From an uncultured Clostridia bacterium (GTDB taxonomy: Bacteria; Bacillota; Clostridia; Christensenellales; Aristaeellaceae): DNA of 64,000 nucleotides. Every line of letters begins with the position of its first letter. The stretch's first letter is position 1. The position numbers were made by a program, and so were the translations under genes. Positions 25,522 through 33,876 of this stretch are shown here, piece after piece. The DNA is taken from NCBI GenBank assembly GCA_944362695.1, contig CALVTQ010000124.1, positions 34,620 through 98,619 of the forward strand. Direction: 5' to 3'. Under the pieces are notes generated by a model, which worked only from the letters and a program-made list of their open reading frames with translations, was not told where the DNA came from and did no database searches.

Positions 25522-27264
25522 TTGAAAAAGGTTCTTTCCTGGCTCCTGATGGCAGTTATGCTGCTGTCGTGCGCTGCGCTGGCGGAGGAGACCGTCGCCG
25601 CGACCGTCATCGACTTTGAGGACGGCAACTTTGCGATGCTCGGCATGAACACCGCTTCCGGCGATGCCGATGCGTCCGTGCTGACCGTTGAGGATTACAA
25701 CGGCAGCAAGGCTCTGCATGTGGACGTGAAGGCTAAGGTGCCGTATGTGGCGCTGAACGTGGAAGGCCTGCTGGGCGACAACCTGGAGAAGGTTCGCTCC
25801 ATCAGCTTCGACGTGGGCGTTGAGCTCGGCTCCGACGGCAAGTTCTACGCCGCCTCCGGCAAGGTCTACACCCTGACCGACGCCGGCGAGACCAAGGTCG
25901 GCTATGACTGGTCCGTCTACCTCGAGCGCAAGAACCCGAAGACCGCGAAGGTCACCCTGGCCGACGTGTTCTTCACCAACGGCGCCGGCGACACCCTGAT
26001 GATCACCAAGGAGAGCGACGCGTTCGTCGATTCCGACAAGTTCCCGGGCGAGGAGCCGCGCGACATCTGGATCGACAACATCCAGTTCCTTGACGAGACC
26101 GGCGCTGCGCTGCCGCTCGACCTGACGGCCGTGTGGACCGCTCCGGTGACCGGCGTTGACCTGTCCAACCTGTCCGTGCTGTCCGGCGCTGTGGCGCTCG
26201 AGGGCATGGCCGTTGAGGGCGGCGCCTGGGGCCAGAACGGCGTTGAGATGACCGAGGAGTTCCTCGCGGCGCTCGTTCCGGGCTCTGTGATCGAGATCTC
26301 CTACGAGTCTGAGGACGGCAGCATGTGGCTGGTGTTCCCGGATTCCGCGGCGGGCTGGATGCGCGTCTGCGACGGCGGCAAGGCCACGACCAACAACTCC
26401 AAGAACATCGCGCAGATCACCTACGAGCAGATCGCTGCTGTGCTGGGTGAGGACACCTCCACGTGGGGCGCGCGCCTGCAGTGCGAGGCTGCGACCAACT
26501 GGAAGGTCTACTCCGTGAAGGTCGGCACCAAGGGCCCGAGGATGGCTCTGACCAATGCCGTCGAGTTCGCCGGCTTCGCCTGCGAGGGCGGCGCCTGGGG
26601 CCAGAACGGCTTCGAGTTCACGCAGGAAGTGCTCGATGCGCTGCAGCCGGGCACTGCGCTGGAGATCAACTTCGAGTCCGAGGACGGCTCCATGTGGATC
26701 GTTCTGCCGGATTCCGCCGCGGGCTGGATGCGCGTTGCTGAAGGCGGCGCTGCGACCATCATCGGCGACAAGGCCTATGTGACCTACGAGCAGATCGTCG
26801 AGAAGTGCGGCGAGGACAAGAGCACCTGGGGCGCGCGCCTGCAGTGCGAGGCGGCGACCAACTGGAAGGTCTTCTCCGTGAAGGTCGGCACCGTGAAGCA
26901 GCTCGTCGGCCTGAAGGACAAGGTTGACTTCGCGGGTTTTGCCTGCGAGGGCGGCGCCTGGGGCCAGAACGGCTTCGAGATGACGCCGGAAATCATCGCG
27001 GCCCTCGTGCCGGGCTCCATCGTCTCCATCTCCTACGAGTCCGAGGACGGCTCCATGTGGATCGTCATGCCGGATTCCGCGGCGGGCTGGATGCGCGTTG
27101 GCGACGGCGGCAAGGCTGCCTGCGACGGCTCTGAGGCGCAGATCACCTACGAGCAGATCGTCGAGATGTGCGGCGAGGACGTCTCCACCTGGGGTGCCCG
27201 CATGCAGTGCGAGTCCGCGACGAACTGGAAGGTCTATTCTGTGAGCGTCGCTCAGGCCCAGTAA
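25522..27264 (+). CDS. Secreted non-catalytic protein: N-terminal CBM-like domain plus three tandem ~121-123-aa repeats
   Basis: TTG 25522 is preceded by AAGAGGAGG. Signal peptide LKKVLSWLLMAVMLLSCAALAEE. N-domain VIDFEDGNF...IWIDNIQFLD. Repeats each contain EGGAWGQNG, ESEDGSMW, PDSAAGWMRV, TYEQI, STWGAR.QCE.ATNWKV.SV. Confidence 0.85.
   Translation: MKKVLSWLLMAVMLLSCAALAEETVAATVIDFEDGNFAMLGMNTASGDADASVLTVEDYNGSKALHVDVKAKVPYVALNVEGLLGDNLEKVRSISFDVGVELGSDGKFYAASGKVYTLTDAGETKVGYDWSVYLERKNPKTAKVTLADVFFTNGAGDTLMITKESDAFVDSDKFPGEEPRDIWIDNIQFLDETGAALPLDLTAVWTAPVTGVDLSNLSVLSGAVALEGMAVEGGAWGQNGVEMTEEFLAALVPGSVIEISYESEDGSMWLVFPDSAAGWMRVCDGGKATTNNSKNIAQITYEQIAAVLGEDTSTWGARLQCEAATNWKVYSVKVGTKGPRMALTNAVEFAGFACEGGAWGQNGFEFTQEVLDALQPGTALEINFESEDGSMWIVLPDSAAGWMRVAEGGAATIIGDKAYVTYEQIVEKCGEDKSTWGARLQCEAATNWKVFSVKVGTVKQLVGLKDKVDFAGFACEGGAWGQNGFEMTPEIIAALVPGSIVSISYESEDGSMWIVMPDSAAGWMRVGDGGKAACDGSEAQITYEQIVEMCGEDVSTWGARMQCESATNWKVYSVSVAQAQ
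26197..27261 (+). repeat. Three tandem coding repeats of 369/363/333 nt inside 25522..27264
   Basis: The conserved TGG of GGAWGQNG falls at 26227, 26596 and 26959 (periods 369 and 363 nt). Confidence 0.9.
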
Positions 27265-27280
27265 TAAAACCCTGTAAATC

Positions 27281-27316
27281 ACATCCGGCCGGCCCTCAAA
27301 AAGCCGGTCGGATGTG
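27281..27316 (+). terminator. Intra-operon hairpin (attenuator or mRNA-stabilising stem) between repeat-protein gene and SBP gene
   Basis: ACATCCGGCCGGC pairs with GCCGGTCGGATGT (one mismatch). The T-run follows only after 9 nt. Confidence 0.4.
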
Positions 27317-27352
27317 CCGCGAGAATTTTTAATTCACAGGAGGTAATGCCCA

Positions 27353-28717
27353 ATGAAAAAAATGACCGCGCTGTTTGTCGCGCTGGTGATGCTGCTGTCC
27401 GTTTGCAGCTTCGCCGTGGCCGAGGAACCCCGTCACATCCTGATCGGCACGACCTGGGATATGTACTGGGATTCCACCCATGAGTCCATCGACGTGAACC
27501 CGTACTACTCCGGCAAGGAAACCGACCAGATGATCTTCGAGAACGTCAAGAAGGTCGAGGAAGAGAACAACGTCACCTTCGAGTATGTGAACATGCTCTA
27601 CGCCGGCGCTCAGGAGTCCATCAACACCTCCATCCTGGCCGGCACGCCCGATGTGGACATCTACACCGTCGGCCTGGCCATCGGCGCTCCGGCCGTTGCC
27701 AACGGCTACGCGGTCGACCTGCGCGACGTGCTGCCGGCGGATCACCCGGTGCTCACCGGCGAGGACCCGATCATGACCTACATCGACACCGGCGACGGCT
27801 CCGTCTCCCTGCTGACCGCGAACAACAAGGAGAACATCGTCGGCTCCACCTATCCGCTGAGCTTCAACCTGCAGATGATCCAGGACGCGAACCTCGAGGA
27901 TCCGCGTGACCTCGTCGAGCGCGGCGAGTGGACCTGGGATAAGTTCCGCGAGTACTGCAAGGCCCTGACCAAGGACACCGACGGCGACGGCACCATCGAC
28001 GTGTACGGCTTCGGCGGCTGGCCGGGAGACTACATGCCCAACATCCTTATGTCCAACGGCACCTACATTGCCGCGACCGCGACCGAGAACCTGTCCTCCC
28101 CGGAGGTTGCCGAGTGCCTGCAGTTCGTCCAGGATCTGAACCTGGTGGACGGCGTCATGTACCCGATCCCGGAGGAGAACGGCTGGGATATCTGCCGCGT
28201 GCTCTATCGTGACCAGAAGGTCGCCTTCTGCCCGAACGCTGCGTGGATCATGTCCTCCAACGACGACTACGGCTACCAGAGCGGCACGCCGGTTCTCGAC
28301 TTCGACATGGTGTTCGTGCCGTGGCCGGTCGGCCCGAGCGGCAATGCCGAGACCAACAAGCATAAGGTCGCTGAATCCTCCTGCTTCATGATCCCGGTCG
28401 GCACCGAGGATCCGGAGCTGGTCTTCAACGTCCTGTACGACATCCAGAACTGGTTCAACGGCGACCTGTCCATCCGCGATGATGAGGAAGCCCTCGACTG
28501 GTGGTATGGCGTCACCGCGAAGGACATCGACCTGCAGGACCACAACTTCGAGGTCATGTACCAGATGGGTCTCAAGCAGCAGTACGAGATGGTGAGCAAC
28601 CTCGGCTTCGAACTGCCTTTCCGTGAGCTGATCGCCGGTGACTACACCGTCGCTCAGTTCCAGGAGACCTACAAGCAGCAGGTGCAGGATGCCATCGACG
28701 GCCTGATGGGCAACTAA
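27353..28717 (+). CDS. CUT1 extracellular solute-binding protein (family 1)
   Basis: Signal peptide MKKMTALFVALVMLLSVCSFAVAEE. 454 aa with SBP-like pattern (DVDIYTVG, WTWDKFREYCKALT, AFCPNAAW). Confidence 0.85.
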   Translation: MKKMTALFVALVMLLSVCSFAVAEEPRHILIGTTWDMYWDSTHESIDVNPYYSGKETDQMIFENVKKVEEENNVTFEYVNMLYAGAQESINTSILAGTPDVDIYTVGLAIGAPAVANGYAVDLRDVLPADHPVLTGEDPIMTYIDTGDGSVSLLTANNKENIVGSTYPLSFNLQMIQDANLEDPRDLVERGEWTWDKFREYCKALTKDTDGDGTIDVYGFGGWPGDYMPNILMSNGTYIAATATENLSSPEVAECLQFVQDLNLVDGVMYPIPEENGWDICRVLYRDQKVAFCPNAAWIMSSNDDYGYQSGTPVLDFDMVFVPWPVGPSGNAETNKHKVAESSCFMIPVGTEDPELVFNVLYDIQNWFNGDLSIRDDEEALDWWYGVTAKDIDLQDHNFEVMYQMGLKQQYEMVSNLGFELPFRELIAGDYTVAQFQETYKQQVQDAIDGLMGN

Positions 28718-28756
28718 TCAGCAGCCGGGCATCTGACCCCCAAAGCGAATACGCGG

Positions 28757-28787
28757 CCCCGGGCGTGAAAGCGTCCGGGGTCTTTCC
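28757..28787 (+). terminator. Terminator at the end of the 16-kb operon
   Basis: CCCCGGGCG (28757-28765) pairs with CGTCCGGGG (28772-28780), one G-U pair, followed by TCTTTCC. Confidence 0.55.
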
Positions 28788-28804
28788 ATCATCATATGCA
28801 TATG

Positions 28805-28841
28805 AAAAGCCGCCCGGATGATGCCGGACGGCGAATTTTTT
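28805..28841 (-). terminator. Terminator of nagB (hairpin with flanking A/T runs, potentially bidirectional)
   Basis: GCCGCCCGG (28809-28817) pairs with CCGGACGGC (28824-28832), one mismatch. AAAA upstream and TTTTTT downstream on the plus strand. Confidence 0.5.
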
Positions 28842-28850
28842 GTGTGCGGC

Positions 28851-29573
28851 TCACTTCATCATCAGCGCGCCGGCCTCGCGGTCGGTCAGCACGACGCAGC
28901 AGGGGTGGAGCTGGAGGATCGACGCGGGGACGCGCGGGGTGATCGGGCCGCGGATCGTCCTGTATACGGCGTCGGCCTTGGCGCTGCCCGTGGCGACGAG
29001 CACGATGCACTTGGCGGCCATGATATTGCCGATGCCCATGGAAATCGCCTGGCGCGGCACGTCATCCGGGCTGGCGAAGAAGCGCGCGTTGGCCTCGATG
29101 GTGCTTTGCGTCAGCGTGACGGTGTGCGTGCCGTATGTGAATTCGCCGGCGGGCTCGTTGAAGCCGATGTGCCCGTTGCGGCCGATGCCCAGCAGCTGAA
29201 TGTCGATGCCCCCGGCGGCGTGGATGGCCTCGTCATATGCGCGCCCATCGGCGGCGGTCTGCCCGGAGGGGAGATGGACGTTCTCCGGGCGCAGATTGAC
29301 TTTGGAGAACAGATGCTCATGCATAAAATAATGATAGCTGGCGGGGCTTTGCGGGTCGATGCCGACGTATTCGTCGAGGTTGAACGTGCGCACGCGGTCA
29401 AAGTCGATCACGCCGCGCTCGTACCACGAGACGAGCATGGCATACGCGGGGATGGGCGTGGAGCCCGTCGCAAGGCCGAGCACGCTGTCGCCCTTGCGCG
29501 TGATCTGCGCCGCAAGGAGCACGCCCGCCGCCTCGCAGGCCGCCTTTGCGTTTTCGTAGACGTGAAATTCCAT
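28851..29573 (-). CDS. nagB: Glucosamine-6-phosphate deaminase
   Basis: LGLATGSTP, FNLDEYVGI, LLGIGRNGHIGFNEP motifs. 240 aa. GGGAGGTA RBS. Confidence 0.92.
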   Translation of the reverse strand: MEFHVYENAKAACEAAGVLLAAQITRKGDSVLGLATGSTPIPAYAMLVSWYERGVIDFDRVRTFNLDEYVGIDPQSPASYHYFMHEHLFSKVNLRPENVHLPSGQTAADGRAYDEAIHAAGGIDIQLLGIGRNGHIGFNEPAGEFTYGTHTVTLTQSTIEANARFFASPDDVPRQAISMGIGNIMAAKCIVLVATGSAKADAVYRTIRGPITPRVPASILQLHPCCVVLTDREAGALMMK

Positions 29574-29624
29574 GGTGTACCTCCCGTTTTGTTTGAGCGT
29601 CCTTGCGCAAACGTGAAGCGCGAG

Positions 29625-30527
29625 TCAGCCGACGACGGCGCGGTGGAGCTGCTTTTCCTTGCGATAGTGCGAGGGGGACGTGCCGATGTGCTTGCGGAAC
29701 ACGCGGTTGAATTGGGAAAAGCTGTTAAACCCGCAGGACTCGGCGACCTGCGTGATGGGGATCTGCGAATTGATGAGCAGGGCCTGCGCGTTGCGGATGC
29801 GCGTCATCTGGATGTAATCGGTGACGGAGAAGCCCGTGACCTCCTTGAATTTATGGGAGAGATAGCTCGCGCTGATGCAGAATTCGCGCGTCAGGAAATC
29901 GAGCGTCAGCTCCTCGCGGTAATGCGCGTGGATGTAGCCCACGACGGTGTAGATCTTCTGCTCGAGCTCGGTCATGACGGCCTGATTGACGTATATGTTG
30001 TGCTGCTGGTTGAGGAAGAGCAGGATCAGGAACTCGACGAACTTCATGTGGATGACGATGTTGCGCATCGAGTCCTGCTTGGGCGCGAGGCGGTAGATGT
30101 CGTTGAGCTTGCCGAAAAGACGCCTTTGCAGCTCCGCGTCGAAGCGGAAGATCGGCACATCGCGGTTGAAGATGTTCATCAGCTGCTCGTATTCGTTGGA
30201 CAGGCCGGGGAACTGCGCGGGCAGGCTGAACTGTATGATGAGCCTGCGGCAGGGCTTGCCGACGGGGTATTGCGTCTTGTGCAGGCGGCTGGGCGATATG
30301 CCGACGATGTCGAACATGCCGATCTCGTGCGGGATGCCGTCGATGAAATGCACGGCCTTGGGACACAGCAGGATGCACATCTCATAAAAAGGATGGAAGT
30401 GCTGGAACTGCATGTTGATGTCGGCGCTGCGCACGTCGTAATCGAAGAAATAGAAAATCGTGTCGGTCTCCTCGTTGACGCGGATGTAATACTTGTCCTG
30501 ATACAGCGCGAGATTCTGAATCATCAT
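29625..30527 (-). CDS. AraC-family transcriptional regulator
   Basis: N-terminal cupin-like sensor. C-terminal double HTH ...LSHKFKEVTGFSVTDYIQMTRIRNAQALL...GFNSFSQFNRVFRKHIGTSPSHYRK. Divergent from the Opp-type operon. Confidence 0.88.
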   Translation of the reverse strand: MMIQNLALYQDKYYIRVNEETDTIFYFFDYDVRSADINMQFQHFHPFYEMCILLCPKAVHFIDGIPHEIGMFDIVGISPSRLHKTQYPVGKPCRRLIIQFSLPAQFPGLSNEYEQLMNIFNRDVPIFRFDAELQRRLFGKLNDIYRLAPKQDSMRNIVIHMKFVEFLILLFLNQQHNIYVNQAVMTELEQKIYTVVGYIHAHYREELTLDFLTREFCISASYLSHKFKEVTGFSVTDYIQMTRIRNAQALLINSQIPITQVAESCGFNSFSQFNRVFRKHIGTSPSHYRKEKQLHRAVVG

Positions 30528-30854
30528 GGCAATCGCCTCGCTTATGACGGTGTAGGCGGCGCAGAGGGCGTCGTTATCGTGATCAGTGTATCACATTTTC
30601 GCGCCGAAGGGAAGCACGTTTTGTGTTCTGGCAGAAAAGGGAAATATTGCTCTTTCGCGCGAATGTATCACATAAATCTATGTAAAATCTATAAAAAGTC
30701 GGCGTAAGAAAGCCATAAAAAAGCATGAAATGCAATATTTAATTTGGAAAAAAGACAGCATATGCATAGATTATTGCGGCGCGTGCTGTATAATAAAATT
30801 AGTTCTGATCTGAAATCGAGGAACATATCGACGACAAGAACAGGAGGAAACCAA

Positions 30855-32747
30855 ATGAAGAAGATGCTATCCGTGCTTCTGGCTGCGATGCTGATCGTGA
30901 CGGCCTTCGGCGCGCTGGCCGAGGCTCCGACCAGCTTCACCGAAGCGCCCTACATCACCAATCTTGGCACCTACGGCGATGTGACCGAGCGTCTGCCGGT
31001 CGCGTCGGACGTCATGGTCGAGGATGCCGACTATCTGGAGATCGGCGTCTACGGCGGCGAGCTGAAGACCTCCGCGTCCACGAGCAACTGGACCGCCGGC
31101 AAGATCATTGAGGAGGGCCTGTTCCGCTTCAAGATCGACGGCACGGTCGAGCCGAACGTGGCCAAGAGCTACGAGGTGAGCGACGATTACACGACGTACA
31201 CCATCCACCTGCGCGAGGGCATGAAGTGGTCCGACGGCCAGCCCTTCACCGCGGAGGACTGCGTGTGGTTCTACAACGCGATCTGCCTGAACAAGGTTGA
31301 CTCCAAGGGCGTTCGCGCCTGCCACAAGGACGCCAACGGCAACCCCGCCGTCGTGGAGAAGGTCGATGATTACACCTTCACCGTGACCTTCGGCACGCCG
31401 AAGTACGACTTCGTCGAGGCCGTCGCGGTCGACCTGAAGTGGCACTGGGCCCCGAAGCACATCTTTGAGAAGATGGTCAACCACATCCTCGCGGGCGAGG
31501 ATGCCGAGGCGCTGGCCGAGGCCAAGGCCATCTGCGGCGTCGAGTTCGCGGACGTCGGCGCGGCGGGCAAGGAGATGCTCTACTACTTCTGGAACTACCC
31601 CGGCATCCCGACGCTCAACCCGTTCGTCATGTCCACCGAGGCGGGCAAGAACGACATCAAGGGCGACTACTACGAGTTCGTCCGCAACCCGTACTACTTC
31701 AAGGTTGACGCGCAGGGCCAGCAGCTGCCCTACGTGGACAAGATCACCTACACCGCGATCCAGAACGTCGATCAGTCCCTGATGCTGCTGCTGGACGGCT
31801 CCGTCGACTGGCAGACCGTGGCGATGGGCTCCCTGTCCACGATCATGAGCGATGCGAACGTGCCGATCACCATCAATGAGTGGCCGGGCGGCGAATGGGG
31901 CAGCGTGACCACCCAGATGCATTGGAACCTCTCCATCGCCGATGAGAAGCTGAACGCGCTGTTCAACAACATCGCCTTCCGCGAGGCTATGAGCATCTGC
32001 GTGGATCGCACCGAGTTCGCGGCGCTGTTCTCCGATGGCTGGCTGGAGGGCGGCCAGGCGGCCCCGTCCGAGGGCGCGCTGGGCTACAGCGAGGAATGGG
32101 CCAAGAAGTGGACCGAATACGACGTCGCCAAGGCCAAGGAGCTGCTTGAGAGCTGCGGTCTGGTGATGGGCGCGGACGGCTACTACGACTTCGCGGACGG
32201 CACCGACTTCACGCTCAACATCGTCTCCGTCGCCGACAGCGGCGCTGCCGACACCTATGCGCTGCTGAAGGTCTACTACGACGCGGCCGGCATCAAGACC
32301 ACCTTCCGCGACTATGACCGCAGCAACATCGACGTCATGACCCAGAGCAACGAGATCGAGTGCATCCTCTACCCGGTGACCGGCATCGGCGATATCTCCA
32401 TCATCCTCAAGCCGAACTCCATGGTGCCCGGCACGGCGACCAACGTCGTCTGGTACGGCAACATGACCAAGGAGACCGCGACGGGCGACCTGCTCGAGCT
32501 CATCAACCTCAAGGAGAAGCTCGACGTGACCGGCGACCCGGCTGAGCGCACCGCCATCGCCGAGCAGATGCTCGCGCTGCACGAGAAGAACATGTGGACC
32601 ATCGCCTATGTCGAGGCGGCCCCGGCGTATCACGCGGTCAATGGCCGTGTCCACAACTTCCCGGCGCAGGGCGTGTGGAGCGATATCTACCGCGACCTCG
32701 GCTTCGCCCACTCTCAGTGCTGGTTCATCCCGGTCGATCAGCAGTAA
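30855..32747 (+). CDS. Family-5 (Opp/Dpp-type) extracellular solute-binding protein
   Basis: ATG 30855 is preceded by CAGGAGGAAA. Signal peptide MKKMLSVLLAAMLIVTAFGALAEA. ~630 aa, YTIHLREGMKWSDGQPFTAEDCVWFYN typical of family-5 SBPs. Confidence 0.85.
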   Translation: MKKMLSVLLAAMLIVTAFGALAEAPTSFTEAPYITNLGTYGDVTERLPVASDVMVEDADYLEIGVYGGELKTSASTSNWTAGKIIEEGLFRFKIDGTVEPNVAKSYEVSDDYTTYTIHLREGMKWSDGQPFTAEDCVWFYNAICLNKVDSKGVRACHKDANGNPAVVEKVDDYTFTVTFGTPKYDFVEAVAVDLKWHWAPKHIFEKMVNHILAGEDAEALAEAKAICGVEFADVGAAGKEMLYYFWNYPGIPTLNPFVMSTEAGKNDIKGDYYEFVRNPYYFKVDAQGQQLPYVDKITYTAIQNVDQSLMLLLDGSVDWQTVAMGSLSTIMSDANVPITINEWPGGEWGSVTTQMHWNLSIADEKLNALFNNIAFREAMSICVDRTEFAALFSDGWLEGGQAAPSEGALGYSEEWAKKWTEYDVAKAKELLESCGLVMGADGYYDFADGTDFTLNIVSVADSGAADTYALLKVYYDAAGIKTTFRDYDRSNIDVMTQSNEIECILYPVTGIGDISIILKPNSMVPGTATNVVWYGNMTKETATGDLLELINLKEKLDVTGDPAERTAIAEQMLALHEKNMWTIAYVEAAPAYHAVNGRVHNFPAQGVWSDIYRDLGFAHSQCWFIPVDQQ

Positions 32748-32874
32748 TCTCCGGCGAACCGAAAGAAAAAGATCATTCAATAAGCGGTAACAAACGTAAT
32801 GATGCGGGAGGACGCTTCTTGTCAAAAGATGCCCCTCCCGCATCTTTTGGTCTACTGAAAGGATGCAAGATGGA

Positions 32875-33870
32875 ATGTTGAAATATATCAAAAAAAGACT
32901 CCTTCTGTTCATCCCGACGATCATCATCATCTCCATCGTGATCTTCTTCATCATCCAGCTTCCGCCGGGAGACTACGTGTCCTCCTACGTGGCGGCGCTG
33001 GCGGCGGAGGGCGAGACCTTCACGCCGGAGGAGATCGCCGCGATGCGCGCGGATTACGGGCTGGACGACCCGTGGTACATCCAGTATTTCAACTGGGTCA
33101 AGGGCATCGTCACGGAGGGTGACTTCGGCTATTCGTTTGAATACGGGCGCTCGGTCTGGAGCGTCATCATGGACAGGCTGTATCTGACGCTGGCCGTGAG
33201 CTTCGTCATCCTCATCTTCCAATACGCCGTGTCCCTGCCCATCGGCATATACTGCGCCAACCATCAGTATTCTGCGGGCGATTACATCTGGTCGTTCATC
33301 GGCTTTTTGGGTACGGCGACGCCGAACTTCCTGCTGGCGATCCTGATGATGTACTGGATCTACATGGCGACGGGCGAGGTGTATCTGGGCCTGTTCAGCC
33401 ACGACATGCTGCAAAACGGCCTGCGCATGGAGTACCTGCCGGAATTCCTGTTCCGCTGCCTGATCCCGCTGATCGTCATCGGCACGTCCGGCACATGCGG
33501 CATCATCCGCACCGTGCGCGCGCAGATGCTCGACGAGCAGGTCCGCCAGTACACGCTGACCGCCCGCGCCAAGGGATGCAGCGAAAAGACGATCATCTAC
33601 AAGTACTGCCTGCGCTCGGCGCTCAACCCCGTCGTCTCCGGCATGTCGGGCAGCCTGCGCACGATCTTCTCCGGCTCGACGGTCTCCGCCATCGTCATGA
33701 ACCTGCAGATTCAGGGCCCCGTGCTCCTGCAGGCGCTCAAGACGCAGGACATGTACCTCGCCGGCACGATCGTCATGATTCAGGCGATTCTCGTCGTCGT
33801 CGGCACGCTGCTCTCGGATATCGCGCTGGCATGGCTCGATCCGCGCATCCGATTCTCTGAAAGGGGGTAA
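32875..33870 (+). CDS. Opp/Dpp-type ABC permease (OppB/DppB-like)
   Basis: MLKYIKKRLLLFIPTIIIISIVIFF canonical N-terminus. Listed ORF start 32863 is also possible. Confidence 0.88.
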   Translation: MLKYIKKRLLLFIPTIIIISIVIFFIIQLPPGDYVSSYVAALAAEGETFTPEEIAAMRADYGLDDPWYIQYFNWVKGIVTEGDFGYSFEYGRSVWSVIMDRLYLTLAVSFVILIFQYAVSLPIGIYCANHQYSAGDYIWSFIGFLGTATPNFLLAILMMYWIYMATGEVYLGLFSHDMLQNGLRMEYLPEFLFRCLIPLIVIGTSGTCGIIRTVRAQMLDEQVRQYTLTARAKGCSEKTIIYKYCLRSALNPVVSGMSGSLRTIFSGSTVSAIVMNLQIQGPVLLQALKTQDMYLAGTIVMIQAILVVVGTLLSDIALAWLDPRIRFSERG

Positions 33871-33876
33871 GGAAGG

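Noticed and set aside
26197-27261. Tandem ~365-bp repeats and the 21-bp repeats at 12536..12619, considered as a possible CRISPR array or satellite
   Set aside because: The repeats are in-frame coding units with diverged copies and no spacer/repeat alternation. No cas genes are present. They are protein-domain and linker repeats.
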